Assembly: GCA_044892525.1 (NCBI GenBank)
Contig: CM097885.1
Coordinates: 253,084,001-253,148,000 of the forward strand
Source: Schmidtea polychroa
Taxonomy: Eukaryota
Reading direction: 5' to 3'
DNA: 64,000 bases
Below, piece by piece: positions 38,510-51,070 of this stretch. Below the pieces are notes generated by a model. That model ran no database searches. It was not told where the DNA came from and saw only the letters and a list, made by a program, of their open reading frames with translations. A program made the position numbers and the translations under genes. How positions within the stretch are numbered: position 1 is the first letter of the stretch; the number at the start of each line of letters is the position of its first letter.

Positions 38510-40717
38510 ATGGCGAATGATAAAAATAATGATTGGTGTTCTTCTGAAGAAGTAAACAATAATTTAATTAAAATTTTTTATTTACAAAATATGAATAGGA
38601 AGATTTTAAACCTATTTTGAAGAAATGCAAAATTGAATCTGATGTCGAAGAAGGTGAATTATCAAGTGATGATGGCGATGAAGTACCACTTGAAAAACTT
38701 TTCAAAGATGAAGATGAACGAAATAGAGTTATGCGTTTAACAGAGAAAGATCGAGAAGAAGAAATTTTTAAACGATCTGTGGAGTTACTTAATATTAAAA
38801 GCAGACAAAAAGCTTTTAAAAAATTAAATGAACAAAAAAAGAAGCAATCTAATCAACGACCTATCAATAAAAAGCGCTCACTCGCTGAGGTTTTTAGTAG
38901 ATGTACCAGTGGTGATGAATCAGCTCATAGTTCTTCTAATGAATCATCTAAAGACAATTCGTTACCAAAAAAGAAATCAAAAGCATCACCTCAACCATTT
39001 GGTCGCCAAAAAGCTCTCGATAATCAAAAAGTTCAATTTAAATTGAAAATTTTGATAAATTGACATGTTTCATAGCGTTCACAAAATGTTATGCTTTCAC
39101 AGTTAAACGAAATTCGTAAACAGAGAAAAGAAAAAGCTGAAAAAACAAAAGAAGAAAATACGAAAAAGCCCCAATTAGATTCTGACTCAAGTGACTTGGA
39201 AGAAAAAAATATTGACAATGTCGAGTAAGTTAATATGATATTTTAGTTTTTTAAATTTTTGTAAAGTTTTTTAATTTATCTTGAAATATTGATTTGGTAT
39301 ATTTTGAAATGTCTATTGATTTATATAATTAATGTTTTATAATACTGATACGTTCATGAATTGTGATTATTTTTCATGAAGCCGCCAATCCATAATATCG
39401 AGCTCCAGCTCAGAACAGATAGGTGAAACAGAAGATCAAGATGAAGATAAAGTAATTGAAACACTCGAACATTTATCGAAAATTAGATTGTCGAGACATA
39501 AAATGGAAAAATGGGTTCACATGCCATTTTTTAAAGTTAGGCTTTTAATTTTATAAGTAAATCAAAATGAGATTTTAGGATCTTGTCAAAGGATGCTTTG
39601 TTCGTGTAAACATTGGCGAAGGTCCGTCTGTTCAGCCGATTTATCGTTGCGCAGAAATAACCGAAGTTGTCGAAACGGTGAAAATTTATGATCTCGGTAC
39701 GACAAGAACAAATGTTGGATTGAAATTGAAAATCGGGAAATCCGTAACTACTTTCCGATTAATATTCGTGTCAAATCAGGACTTCCAATCGTCAGAATTC
39801 GAAAGTTGGCGACGACGAGTAATCAGCGATGGAATGCCATTGCCAAAACTCAGTTTCATCGAAGAAAAGGCTCGACAAATCAAAGAATATTCGAATTTTT
39901 CAATAAACGACGAACAGACTATGCAAAAGGTCCTTCTGTCAAAGCAGAGATTTCAAAAAGGCCCGGTAAATTTCGCAATGAGAAAAGCTGAATTAACCCG
40001 ATTGAAATTGGGGGCCGAAAATGACAACGACGATGAGCAGGCGAAAAAGTATCAAATGGAAATCGACGAATTAAATATGACTGCAGAAAAGCTGGAACGG
40101 AAACGAACAACCGGAATCAAAAACATTAGTTATATCAATCAGAGAAATCGGGAAATTACTCAAACCCATGTAGAAAAGGCGATCGAATTGGAAATTGAAG
40201 AGAATCGCGAATGGGAGAAAGTTGGAGGCGATCCGTTTTTGCGAGAACCAACAAAACCGGTGTTGAATTATCGGAAAAAGGTGGAAATTTTGATCTCTCT
40301 CGTTAATATTTACAATTTTTCCAGAAGCAGCAATTGCTAGAGAAAGCAGCTTTGGAAGCCTTGGAGAAAGAAATGAAAGTCGTCGAGAAAATCGAACCGA
40401 CAGTTAACAATACTCCAATCAAAGAGGAAGTTTCGGTGAAATTTGATCCGATCGACGAGTCCAAAATAAATATCAATAATATCCACAATTTCGAGGTTCA
40501 CCTTGAAATCAAAGAAGAAAACACAAATCCTCACATTGCAAAAGTGATCTCAGAAAACGATAAGACATTTGATCTGAAAGATTCGATTTTGAATGCGATC
40601 AATAACAGTTTAGGGAACATCAACGCAACAGCTGCTCCCGCAAACTCGTCTCAGAGCTCAACCAATCGGCGCGTGCTGAATCTGCAGGATTATAAACGCA
40701 GAAAAGGCCTTATTTGA
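38510..40717 (+). CDS. RTF1: RTF1 (Paf1 complex, Plus3 domain); exons 38510-38551, 38599-39030, 39103-39224, 39382-39535, 39579-40280, 40325-40717; about 614 aa
   Basis: DEDERNRVMRLTEKDREEEIFKR; Plus3 LSKIRLSRHKMEKWVHMPFFK|DLVKGCFVRVNIG..YRCAEI; SNQDF..SEFESW; NFAMRK; DPFLR; C-terminal LNLQDYKRRKGLI; all splice phases compatible. Confidence 0.94.
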
Positions 40718-40751
40718 GGCGGAAGTAGAGACAGAACATAGCGAGATTTGT

Positions 40752-40961
40752 GCGTGAGTGTGTGTGTGTGTGATTGTAATTTATCGATCGATTGCTAGGT
40801 GATTATAATAATTAATATTATTATTATTAAACGTCCATTTGAATTTCTATTATAATTTGCGTGTTTTTTGTTGCTCTTTTATGCCGACTTTTTAATTGTC
40901 ATTCAATTTGGTTGGATAATTTGTGATAAATAATTCTCTTCAATTGGTGTGTTCATAATAA

Positions 40962-40992
<31 letters not shown>

Positions 40993-40995
40993 ATT
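40752..40995. repeat. (GT)n and (ATT)n microsatellites downstream of RTF1
   Basis: gtgtgtgtgtgtgtg at about 40759-40772; attattatt.. at about 40965-40992. Confidence 0.9.
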
Positions 40996-41569
40996 GATTT
41001 TCTGTGAGATTGGTGATCAATTGGAATCATCATCATCGTTTTTAGAAGTATCGATAGCTCAGATCGGTATTATATGTAAATTAATAAATCATTGTTTATT
41101 ATTTTTTATATTTCAACAATTACATGAGATATTTGCGCTTTACGCACTCGAATTAATGCGATTGTAAAATGCAGTTTTGATTTGATTCAGCCGAGATGAA
41201 ATGAACTTATTTTTCGTACGTTGTGAAACTTTTTTATTGGACAATTTTTTTGATGGATTTTGAATAAATGTTATTTTTCCATATTTTACGAATTGAGTTC
41301 CTATTGTAATGGTTGTGTTTGATTCGTTCATAATTATGTTGATCCTTTAATGTATTGTATCTCAACACGTTGATCTCCTTAGATCTCCAGAATATCCGAT
41401 TAGTTTTACGTGACAAGTTGATGAAGAAACTCGTTAATTGTTTTTTAAAAAATTTCGCAGATCAGCATTTTTGGGACATCTTAAATAAATTAATTAGTTT
41501 CATTTTACAGAAATTTATTAAATTAATGTCGTTATTTGATTTAATATTGTGGTAAGTTACAGGTAATCT

Positions 41570-42190
41570 ACATTTTATCCCGTCTTGTTGCTTCAAACGC
41601 AATCCAGAATACAAACTTTTCTATTCGTCACCCGTTGAATGATTAACGTTGGAACTGTCTGATGGGTGAATACTCGCGAAAAGTGATTGCACATCTGTAC
41701 ACTATTATTCGAGCGTGTTCGTGGACCCCCGATAGATAGTAATTGTCCTTATTTAGGTAACCTTCTCATCGATTTAGATTAGAATTTGGATCTCTCTTGT
41801 ACTAAAATTAATGCTAGTAAATCGATTCGGCACTATAAGTTTGGAATTCCTTGTGAAAGTTGAAATATGCCATGATTCATAATAAAATACCACATAATAC
41901 AGTTTATTTTTATTCACATGTTTTTTCATTCACCTGGTTTGCATTTCTTCTCCTGCCGTGTGGCAGGCATTCTGGGTTCCATCTGACCAGTGACGTGTTG
42001 GTCTACTAAACCTTGATATGTTTGCGTCTCTAGTTGATGAATACGAACTTTTAGGCCTCTGATCTCCACCTAGTCTTGGGTTTCCTGTAATTGTTATTCT
42101 ACCAGTTTACACTTTTGCTCTATTGCATCGGCTTGGAGCCAGGTGCTTTCCATTTTCGGCTGAAGCATCGGTGGAGGTACTCTTTCCATT
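41570..42190 (-). pseudogene. Degenerate second Y-Z unit of the unknown cassette
   Basis: MESTWLQADAIEQKCKLVE*QLQETQD*VEIRGLKVRIHQLETQ (41925-42190) aligns to the 42646-43002 ORF; Z block TVPTLIIQRV at about 41600-41690. Confidence 0.75.
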
Positions 42191-42399
42191 CCTCACCAAC
42201 TAAATGACGGTATCCGATATAATGCCCCATTTAATGTCCTGTTCCACTCTACGTAGGTTCCTAATGTCATCCTGAGCCTGCAAACTTGTCTTTATAGTTA
42301 TCTATTAAAATTTTCAGTTATAATTTATATCGACTTTATATTTAATTTATTATTCATTCTTTTAAGAGTTAGAATAGTAGTGGGTTACAGGTAAACAAA

Positions 42400-42540
42400 C
42401 ATTTTACCTTGTCGTGCTGTTTCCAGCGTAACCCAGAATTAAAGCAATTGATTTCTTCACTTGATACCCGTTGAACAATCAACGTTGGTACTGTATCAAA
42501 GGTTTGAGTACTGACAAAAAGTGAGCATGCTTAGCATACT
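42400..42540 (-). other. Z block of the unknown cassette
   Basis: SLFVSTQTFDTVPTLIVQRV..ILGYAGNST with one frameshift; nucleotide similarity to 53391-53513 and 41570-41700. Confidence 0.7.
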
Positions 42541-42645
42541 ATAATTGTCCAGTACATACAACAAAAACAACTATGTCAGCACAGTAAATATCGAAATCAA
42601 AACAATTCAATTTGGTTGGGCGCTTGGCCCATTTTGCAGCTGCGC

Positions 42646-43002
42646 CTATCGGAATTTTGCCCGAGCGGTCTTGTCGGGTCGGTTCCTCTTTTTTGGCTTA
42701 GTAAGTGATTCAGAACCACGATCGGTTGCGATTATCTCCGCAACGGGTCGGATTTGGGATGCTACATCCTGGTCGATATCTTTCTGATGTAGTTGCGCTT
42801 CCAGCTGTCGAATCCGAAGGCGGAGAGCTTGGATCTCCGTCTGGTCTTGGGCGCTCTGAAGTTGCAACTGTTGGACCAACTTCAGGCGCTTCTGCATTTC
42901 CGTCGGGCAGAACCAAGTACCTTCTAGTTCGCGACATCGTCCTTTGAATTTTATGACTTTTAACCGGAGTTCTTCCGCCTGTTGTTCCATCAGTTTGAGC
43001 AC
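42646..43002 (-). CDS. Unknown coiled-coil protein Y with basic C-terminal motif
   Basis: 118-codon ORF; clear paralog of 53702-54187 (RELEGTWF.P.EM.K, QDQ.EI.AL.LR.R.LE, QIRP, KPKKR); preceded by acceptor taattttag. Confidence 0.6.
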   Translation of the reverse strand: MLKLMEQQAEELRLKVIKFKGRCRELEGTWFCPTEMQKRLKLVQQLQLQSAQDQTEIQALRLRIRQLEAQLHQKDIDQDVASQIRPVAEIIATDRGSESLTKPKKRNRPDKTARAKFR

Positions 43003-43099
43003 TAAAATTACACAAGCATGATATCGACTAATATTAGAATTTGATAAGTGTGATTATATTTTCTCTTCATATATATAAACTTTAATTTTCAGCAAACCC

Positions 43100-43197
43100 G
43101 TTAGTAATTTCTGCGTTTGGTGTCAAAAGGAATTTTATTTGTTTTAACAAAGTACCCTAACTTTCAATTACACTCCGCATATGGGAACCCAATAACA
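43100..43197 (+). repeat. Diverged LTR-tail-like fragment
   Basis: gcgtttggtgtcaaa..aacccaataaca resembles the ends of the 48.3 and 50.1 kb LTRs. Confidence 0.4.
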
Positions 43198-43557
43198 TTG
43201 CAGGTAGGCCTAAAATTACAACATATAGTTCCAATACAAAGGTGTTTTTACGAAATCTGACTCAGAATGAACAGTTTTTCCGTAAATAAAATAAGTAGTT
43301 TAAAATTGGTCTAGGTAAATATACGCAAAATTTCCAGTTGCACTTTTAAGGTTGGCCCATCACGCCGACTATTTCTCGTCTGGTGCAATTAAATTGGTTC
43401 TACCGCGAATAAGTCGGTAGGATAATTAATAATCTACTCAGCCATTCAGGACATTTAATGTTAAGATAATATATTTACTCACTGCATAAACTACATTACC
43501 AATGTATTACATTAGATTCAAAATAAATCACGCGACAGTCTATTTTCCAAAAATCAA

Positions 43558-43776
43558 TCATAGATCACAGTATAAATCGATTTTGGGTTGTACGGATACG
43601 ATATCCCCGTACATCCATTCGTGGATCCGATACCAGATCCATCTGGTACGGAGACGAGTGATGGACTCGTTGTCCTCAAAGACGACCTGATTACCATTTT
43701 CCACTTGGAGTCCATCCTGGTCAAACCCAGCCGTCGAGGTACTGTCCTGAGAAGTGGCTTGCCGTGTTTGAGACAT
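43558..43776 (-). CDS. Unknown ORF X, probably truncated
   Basis: ITRLRTRWIWYRIHEWMYG matches VTRLRTRYIWGHIHRWSQG at 54.8 kb; starts cag-aa-ATG-TCT. Confidence 0.5.
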   Translation of the reverse strand: MSQTRQATSQDSTSTAGFDQDGLQVENGNQVVFEDNESITRLRTRWIWYRIHEWMYGDIVSVQPKIDLYCDL

Positions 43777-43899
43777 TTCTGTTCATAACAACAAGACACA
43801 GTTATTTACTCATTAAAGGATTTACTTAAAACTCTTAGATTTAACTACCGGACCTGAACTCTCAGGGACCCCTATACCCTAATTCTCCCTTCCGCGGTT

Positions 43900-45984
43900 A
43901 TTGCATGACAGTCACCGAATTTAGTTCTCGTTTGTGGCACCGTATGTACTACGATGTTGTTGTAAATAAGACTGGTGCCCTATCTCAGTATTCCATAACT
44001 GAACTCCCTTATCCCTAAGTGTTGTCTTATCTCCTAACAGACTATAACAAGAAAACCCACTTACTATAGCGCAGCCCTTTACTTTTGTCCTTAAATTTAA
44101 ACCTTCTTTAAATTTCGTTCTTGTGTTCAAAATAAATCGCTCCACCCCGGCCCGAACTCTGACCAATCTCTGCCATGAGGAAAAGGTTTCTACATTGAAT
44201 TTTTATTTGTATTTAAATTTATTTGTATTTTCCCCTCTACACTTGCCATTATTGTTATTCTCTTTCGAACCTTCTTCGTCACCTTGTCTTTCACTGCAAA
44301 CCATTTTCCTTTAGCCCACTCTTGTAAATCTCACGATGTCGTTCCATTTTTCTTTCCGAACCATCGCAATTACCAAAGAACGTTCTTATGAAATTGCTCT
44401 GATGATTCCAAGTTCTTCCCTTTGATGTTATTCCAACTCATTTCCAGCCAAGTGGCGTTAAACGGGCAATCGGTTCATCCAACTTTCCTTCAATTTCTTT
44501 TATCACTCGATGAAGCGTGAGATAATCTGCGCCAATCAGTGCTTCAACCGTCTGCTTCTCGTCTACCATGGGAAAATGAATGTTTCTAAGATGCGTCCAT
44601 TTATATTTTTCGCTTGCCCAATTTATCACTTTCATTTCTCCAGTAATGTTTTGTACAGCCAATGCATTGAAATTCTTATTCAATTGTCCATCGTTGCTAA
44701 TTAGCTTCATGGTCACCGGAATCGCCATCATTAGTTGAACATTACCGCCGATAACTCCAATCGATGTCCTCTTTTCAACACCTTTTAATCCTAGCTCATT
44801 TAAAATTCTTAGATTTACGTAACTCACTGAGCTTGCATCATCTAACAAAGCGTTTACTTTTATTCTCTTATTTCCATTTTCCAGATAAATGGGAATAGTT
44901 CTTAAACTGAGAAAACTTCTTGGATTCTCTTCTTTAATTACCTTGTGCGTCGTCATTGTGTTATTTCCTTTTCCACTCTTCACTGTGTTGTCTTTTGTGT
45001 AATAATTCATTGTGTCTTTGATTACATCTGGTAACTTTGAAAAAAGATTCTTTACGACAATCCTTGGCCACGTGATTTCCTTTGAAGCAATTCCTGCACA
45101 GTTTTTTTTCTTTAATGACTTTCTTCCTTTTTGAAATTGCGAGTTGCTTGAACTTGTAACATTGGTCCAGGTAATGTTGATTACCAGATTGTGCACACTC
45201 CTGAAATGCGTGCGACCTCCTTGATTGGAGCTTTCTCTTCCCCTAGACATACCTTCCACTCTTCGCCCATCATAAGTTCTAGTATTTGGTTGAGTCCCAT
45301 AAACGACTTCGTTTGTGGATCTTAAGATCTCCGTTTTTTGTTGTATCCATCTTCTCAAGCCTCTAATATCTCTTGCGATTTCTTTTCTATTTTGTCTTTC
45401 TTCCATTTATAAACAAGATTTGTGGTTAACTTTCCCAAAAACCTTTGAAAAAGACATCCAGTCTTTAATTCGGATTCTTTCCCAGTGGATTTAAATAGAA
45501 CGGTGACTGTTTCCAATAGCCCAACAAACAAATCTAAATCCTTCAAATCTCCTTCTTGAATTGGCCTGAACTTGTCCATCTCCTCTAACATTGACAGATA
45601 TATCCTTTCATCCACACCATATTGCCTATCCAACTTCTCTTTTGCCATTTGATAGGCCTCTGCCGAATACCCTAGATTTTCAATTAGCTTTAATAGATCT
45701 CCGTGAAGGTACTTATGCAGCTGAAACATATTTTCAACATCGTCACCTTCCGCTTCATCAAGACACGCTGTAAAGGCTGCTTTCCTTGGTTCATATTCTT
45801 TCATCCTACCTTCAAAGACAGGTATTGTAATCTTTTGTGGGCTTTCCAGGTTTCTTTTAGGCACTGAATTGTTTTTCTTAATTGTGTCAGCATTCTTATT
45901 TTCATTCTCTTCCTTAAAAGATTGATTTGCCTTTTTTCCCATTAGTTCTCCAATCATTTGATGCTTTCCCTCGATCTCATGCAA
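43900..45984 (-). mobile_element. BEL/Pao LTR retrotransposon gag-protease remnant
   Basis: Gag-like IPVFEGRMKEY..FQLHKYLHG..A.E.LDRQYG; protease VNALLDDASSVSYV..ALIGADYL..IARLTPLGW; degenerate pol pieces to about 43900. Confidence 0.85.
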
Positions 45985-46069
45985 GTCTTTTTTCTAATAT
46001 TGCAGTGATGTCCAATCTTTGCAATTTTTTACTAATAGTTCTTAAATGCCCCAATTCTTCATCTAGACT

Positions 46070-46720
46070 CTCCTTTTGATTTTCATATTCATCCAACCAT
46101 TCGCGGACTTCCTTCCCATTTATATCATTGAGAATCTTGTTTCTCAATCTCGTTAATTTTCCTTGCGACTTATAAGCAACAGGCTGACTTTTATAAATTA
46201 AAATTCCATTCTTATTCATTACACAACAAACAAAAATGTTTTTTGATCGTAAAGATGGGACTACCTTGATAGCTGGAGTGCCTAAAGCAGATCTTCCCTT
46301 AGTTGACCTCATAGCAACATTGATTCCAACTTCATCTATAAAAATAAAGTTTTCTTCAGCGAAACTAGATTGTAAACGAATAAAATTCATGGCATTATCT
46401 TTTCTTGTTATAAGAGTATCTTCAGTGTTTCTTCTAATAGAAAGAACATGAACACATTTTTCGAAGTGCATTTGCAATAGTTGAGAGACCCAATTTAATT
46501 TCATGTTTTTCATAGAATCTTTGTGAAATTACTTTAAGTATTAGAGTACAATCATCATCAACCATTAGTTTAATCCAGAGCTTTCCAACCGATGTGTCGC
46601 GACACTTTAGTGTGTCGGCAGCGCTGCATAGGTGTGTCTCGTGAGCATAATGAAAAGCCACAGAGTCCCTTAATTTTATAAACCTTTTAACGATTGTTAG
46701 ACTGAAATACAATACACATA
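46070..46720 (-). mobile_element. IS630/Tc1-like transposase remnant
   Basis: DDDCTLILK..LSTIANAL; FIFIDEVGINVAMRSTKGRSALGTPA..VPSLRSKN. Confidence 0.75.
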
Positions 46721-46790
46721 TATAGTCCGTCGTGTTTTAGCTGCAAGAACGCTTGTTTACCTTATTTATTAGTTATACAATAATGATTAT

Positions 46791-49333
46791 ATGAAACTGG
46801 GATTCACATATTTTGGTAATGAAAACAATCCTAGTCCCCAGTATTTAGTTTGCGGGGATATACTTGCAAATGAAAGTATGGTACCAAACAAATTTAATCG
46901 CCATTTTGCTACAAAACACAGTCATCTGCCAGGAAGACCAGTCGAATACTTTGTTGAACTTTCAAGGTCCTTTAAAAAGCAGTCTGTATCGTTCACAAAG
47001 AGAATGAAAACATCAGAGAGAGCTCAAGAGGCAAGTTACTTAGTTGCTCAAATAATTGCCAAAAACAAAGAACCACACTCTATTGCAGAAACCACCATTA
47101 AGGACTCTTGCTGTGCTATTGTTCGAACATTGTTTGGGCCCGAATTTGAGATAGAAGTTAATAAATTTCCTTTTCCAGATAATACGATTGGAAGACGTAT
47201 TCAAGACATGTCTGGTGATATTAAGCTTCAAATGAAGGCTATTTTTCAAGACAATAATATGATCTTTACATTGCAATTAGATGAATCAACAGATGTCAGT
47301 GGGTTAACACAATTACTAGTTTTTATACGTTTCATTCATAATGAGAAAATTACTGAGCAATTCTTGTTTTGTCAAGAACTTCCAATGAGAACTAGAGGCG
47401 AAGACATATTTAAAACTTTAGATTCCTTCATGAAGGAAAATAATTTGCTGTGGTTAAATTGTGTAGGAATATGCACAGATGGTGCACCCTCAATGGTTGG
47501 TTCAACAAAAGATTTTGCAGCATTTGCAATAAAAGAGAATGAAAATATTATAATTACTCATTGTTTTTTACATAGCGAAGCGTTAGTCGCGCAAATCATT
47601 GGAGATGAATTAAGAAAAGTTATGGACAAGGTGGTTCAAATGGTCCATTACATAAAAAGTAGAACTTTTAAATCCAGATTATTTTTTCATATTCGTGAAG
47701 AAATGGGGGCAAAGTATAAGAAGCATTTACTACACACAGAGGTTCGTTGGATGTCAAGAGGTCGAGTGCTTTGTCGTTTATACGAATTGAGGGAAATAAT
47801 GTTTGAAATTTGGAAAAGAAAAGTGAACGAAGAAAATTTTGAAATGTTTTCCAAAACTGCTGAGTTCGAGCTAAAATGTGATATCAGCACGCTAGTTGTT
47901 GACCATCTAACATTGCTTGGAAAGAAAATTCATCATTACTTCCCAAATGTTGAAATTAAAGAATATGATTGGATCAGAAATCCATTTCCTTCAACTGCAC
48001 TGAGTAACTTTTCAACTGTTAAAGAAGAATTAGCTCAATTAAAAAATGATCGGAGTCTGTTAATAATGTACGTAGAGGGTGACTTAGACAACTTTTGGAT
48101 TTGCGTTTCGAAAAAGACATCTAAAGTTTAGATTCTAAACATAGGCAAAAAAGCGTTAAAAATTCTTCTGCAGTTTTCTACTACTTACATTTGTGAAGTT
48201 ATCCTTCTCAACAATGTCAAACTTAAAGACATTGCACCGAGAAAGCTTAAAAATGCTTGATGACGAAATGCGAGTCTCATTATCTAATGTTGAGGATACC
48301 TAAATAACAATTTATAAACAAATAAATAAAATTACCTTGGGGGAAGATCGCCATGACAAACGGGACGATCTATTGGAACTCAGAAAAGAAAACGGAAGTA
48401 AAAAGAAACTAAAATGAGAAAGATAAAGGAAATAAAAGGAATCAAACAGGAAAATGAAAACCAAGGTCAGTACTAATTAATTAGTACAAAAAGGAAAAGG
48501 AATTTTGAAATAGGGGAAAAAGGAAAACAACAATATCCTTATCTCGTCAGCTTGCCAGTAATAATAGAATTGCTGGGAGAAGGCGGTCAAACAAAAAAGG
48601 GAAAAGTGAAAACAACTTGACAGCTGTCAGAGATAAAAATTGGACAGTCGGAAAAAGCAGGAAAAGGAAAATGGAAAAACACTTGATTATCTGAAGTGCC
48701 ACAAGAGAAGCGAACTATATAAGGGAAAACTGGTGAACATGAAATTACAACAAAATTAGAAGAAAAATTAGAGACACAGTGACGCGAAATTGAAAACGAT
48801 TTGAGAGACGATTTGAGAGATAAAATTATTGGAGAAAATTAAACGTTGGACGAAACGTTGTTGGACAAACGATTGTCAAAAATAATTGCAAAGGAAATAA
48901 TTGTGGAAAATAATTATTGGAGAAGAGTTGAAGAAAAGAATTAGTTGAATAATAAAACGAAAAGAAGTTATTTGATTATTTGAATAAAGTTTGGAAGAAA
49001 GTCAAAGAAAACAACTAGTTCAAATCCCAGTTTAGAAACCAATCAGTAATTTGTGATCTTTTGATCCGGTGTTATACAAAAGTGCTATTCCTCACCGAGT
49101 GCTGTAATAAGCATTGTATAGTCACCAAGCAGAGTGTTGAATTTATTGTCAGTGTCAAGTGAAAGTTTATTTGTGATTATCAAATAAAGATTTCTGTTGT
49201 CAAGTGTTATTTGTGAATCGTATAAAGACACGCTTGGAGTCAGAATAACATTAAAATTTATCACCAACTATATAACATTCCACCAAATATTGAAAGGTTG
49301 TGTTCTTCCCATCCAGCTCAAATATCTCATTAA
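46791..49333 (+). mobile_element. hAT (Buster/ZBED5-like) transposase, internally deleted, split by a solo LTR
   Basis: 446-aa ORF with LQLDESTD, CTDGAP, THCFLH, LLHTEVRWMSRG; C-terminus DEMRVSLS (48260-48287) resumes as IPPNIERLCSSHPAQISH* (49278-49333). Confidence 0.9.
48288..49277 (+). mobile_element. Solo LTR, about 990 bp
   Basis: TG..CA termini (tgttgag..tataaca), TATA at about 48715, AATAAA sites; colinear with 50132-51070; no matching TSD seen. Confidence 0.8.
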
Positions 49334-49599
49334 AATTGTAAATATATATTGGCGTTATTCAAATTTTTTAATTCTTAATTAATTACATATTGTTACTTAT
49401 AAACGATACCATCCACATTAAATCTTGTTTTCAGTCATGAACTATCCTTTTCTACCATTTATTTTGATATTTATATTTAAAAATGTTTCATTGTCTCTTG
49501 TATAACGGTTTACCATATAACGTAAGTTGTATGACGTATGGTTTTCTGGTAAAACTGATTTGCTGTGTCGTGAAATGATGGGAGTCTAAAAAGTGTGTC

Positions 49600-49790
49600 A
49601 CAAGCATGAAAAGGTTGGAAAGCACTGGTTTAATCTCTTCCTTTATTAGTGAGGTTAGTTTTGGTTTTCTATTTCTTCCTCTTTTTTCAGATTCTATTTT
49701 GTCAGTTGCTTGATACTTTTTAATAATTTTATGCATATTAACGCCGAGAATTGCAGAATGGTGGCAACGGTATCTCCTTTTACACATGAA
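49600..49790 (-). mobile_element. Tc1/IS630-like N-terminal HTH remnant
   Basis: IIKKYQATDKIESEKRGRNRKPKLT..KEEIK. Confidence 0.5.
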
Positions 49791-50120
49791 TTTTCAATCC
49801 TTTCGCGGTTTGCTTGCGAAAGTTTTACGTTTTTTCTCATAATTGTGATTAAAAATAATACTAAAATACTTATTCAAAATCAATATGAAAATATTCAAAG
49901 TCGATCTGGAAGGATTCAAAGTCAATATGAAAACCCTGTATTATCATTTAGTTTTTTCACAAAATGCCACATAGATGTCTATAAATAAAAAATGACCATA
50001 AAATTAGTAGAATGTACAAGATAATAGACCTCAGTAACTTATGGGTTAAAATAATAAAATAATGTTACAAATAACTAAATTCCAAAATTTTAATCTAATT
50101 TAAAGACGACATTTTTTTAC

Positions 50121-51070
50121 AAGGGGGAGATTGTTGAGAATACTTAAATAACAAGTAATATAATAAATAAGTAAATTACCAAAGGGGAAGATCTTCATGA
50201 CAAACAGGACGATCAATGGGAACTCGGAGAAAAAAAACGAAAGTAAAAAGAAATGAAAATTGAGAAAGATAAATCAAATAAAAGAAAATAAACAAAAAAT
50301 TAAAACAGAGGTCATTGTTAATTAAGAAATGGAAACGAAGGAAGAATTTCAAATTCCAGAAAAACAAAAACATGGGAAAAGCCGTATCTTGACAGCTTGT
50401 CAAAGATATCGAAATGACAAGGAAAGTCGACATACTACAAAAAGGGAAAGCAGGGCATATCTCAATATCTGCTAGAGATAGGGCTGAAATAGCGGGAAAT
50501 ACAGAGAAGAAAATAATGGAAAAACAAAATTATCTCAAGTACCGGTATAAAAGGGAAGGCATAGAAGTCAGAAGAAAGAAGTGAAAGGAGGGTAAAAGGG
50601 TGAATAACCAAGAGAGTTAAAAGAGAATTAAAAAAAGAATCAAACAGAGTTCAAAACAGAGTGACAGAAGAGAACTGGTTGATAATAAATAATTTTTTGG
50701 TAGAGTGACGAAAATCTTTTGTAAAATTAAATAAAAAGTGGAAGTGGAATGAATAAAGTTGTGGTCAAAGCAAATAGAAAAATCGATCAACGTAACCTGT
50801 GATTGAGTTGGTTGACGGCTAGTGATTATTGTTACTGTTACAGAAAATTATACGAGAAGGGCTATTCTTCACATAGTGTCGTAATAAGCTCTGTGTAATT
50901 GATTGATTTGGAGTTAATTAGTTGCAATTGCTACTTGTGCGATCTATTGTGAACATTAATGAGAGTTTATCTTGTTCGGTATTGTCAATTTGTGAATTAA
51001 TAAAACACGCTTTTGAGTCAGAGTGAAAATTTAAATTTACAATTATTATCACCAACCCAATAGTCCAACA
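50121..51070 (+). mobile_element. 3' LTR with polypurine tract
   Basis: PPT aagggggaga (50121-50130), then tgttgag..gtccaaca; same family as 48288-49277. Confidence 0.8.

Noticed and set aside
41925-42110. TAA/TAG at Gln positions in Y2 suggesting a ciliate-type genetic code
   Set aside because: SmB and DEPDC5 end in TAA and host exons have no in-frame TAA/TAG; these are ordinary C-to-T nonsense changes.
48288-51070. The two related LTRs as ends of one element
   Set aside because: They are visibly diverged, the sequence between them is hAT tail and Tc1-like DNA, and there is no PBS or shared TSD.
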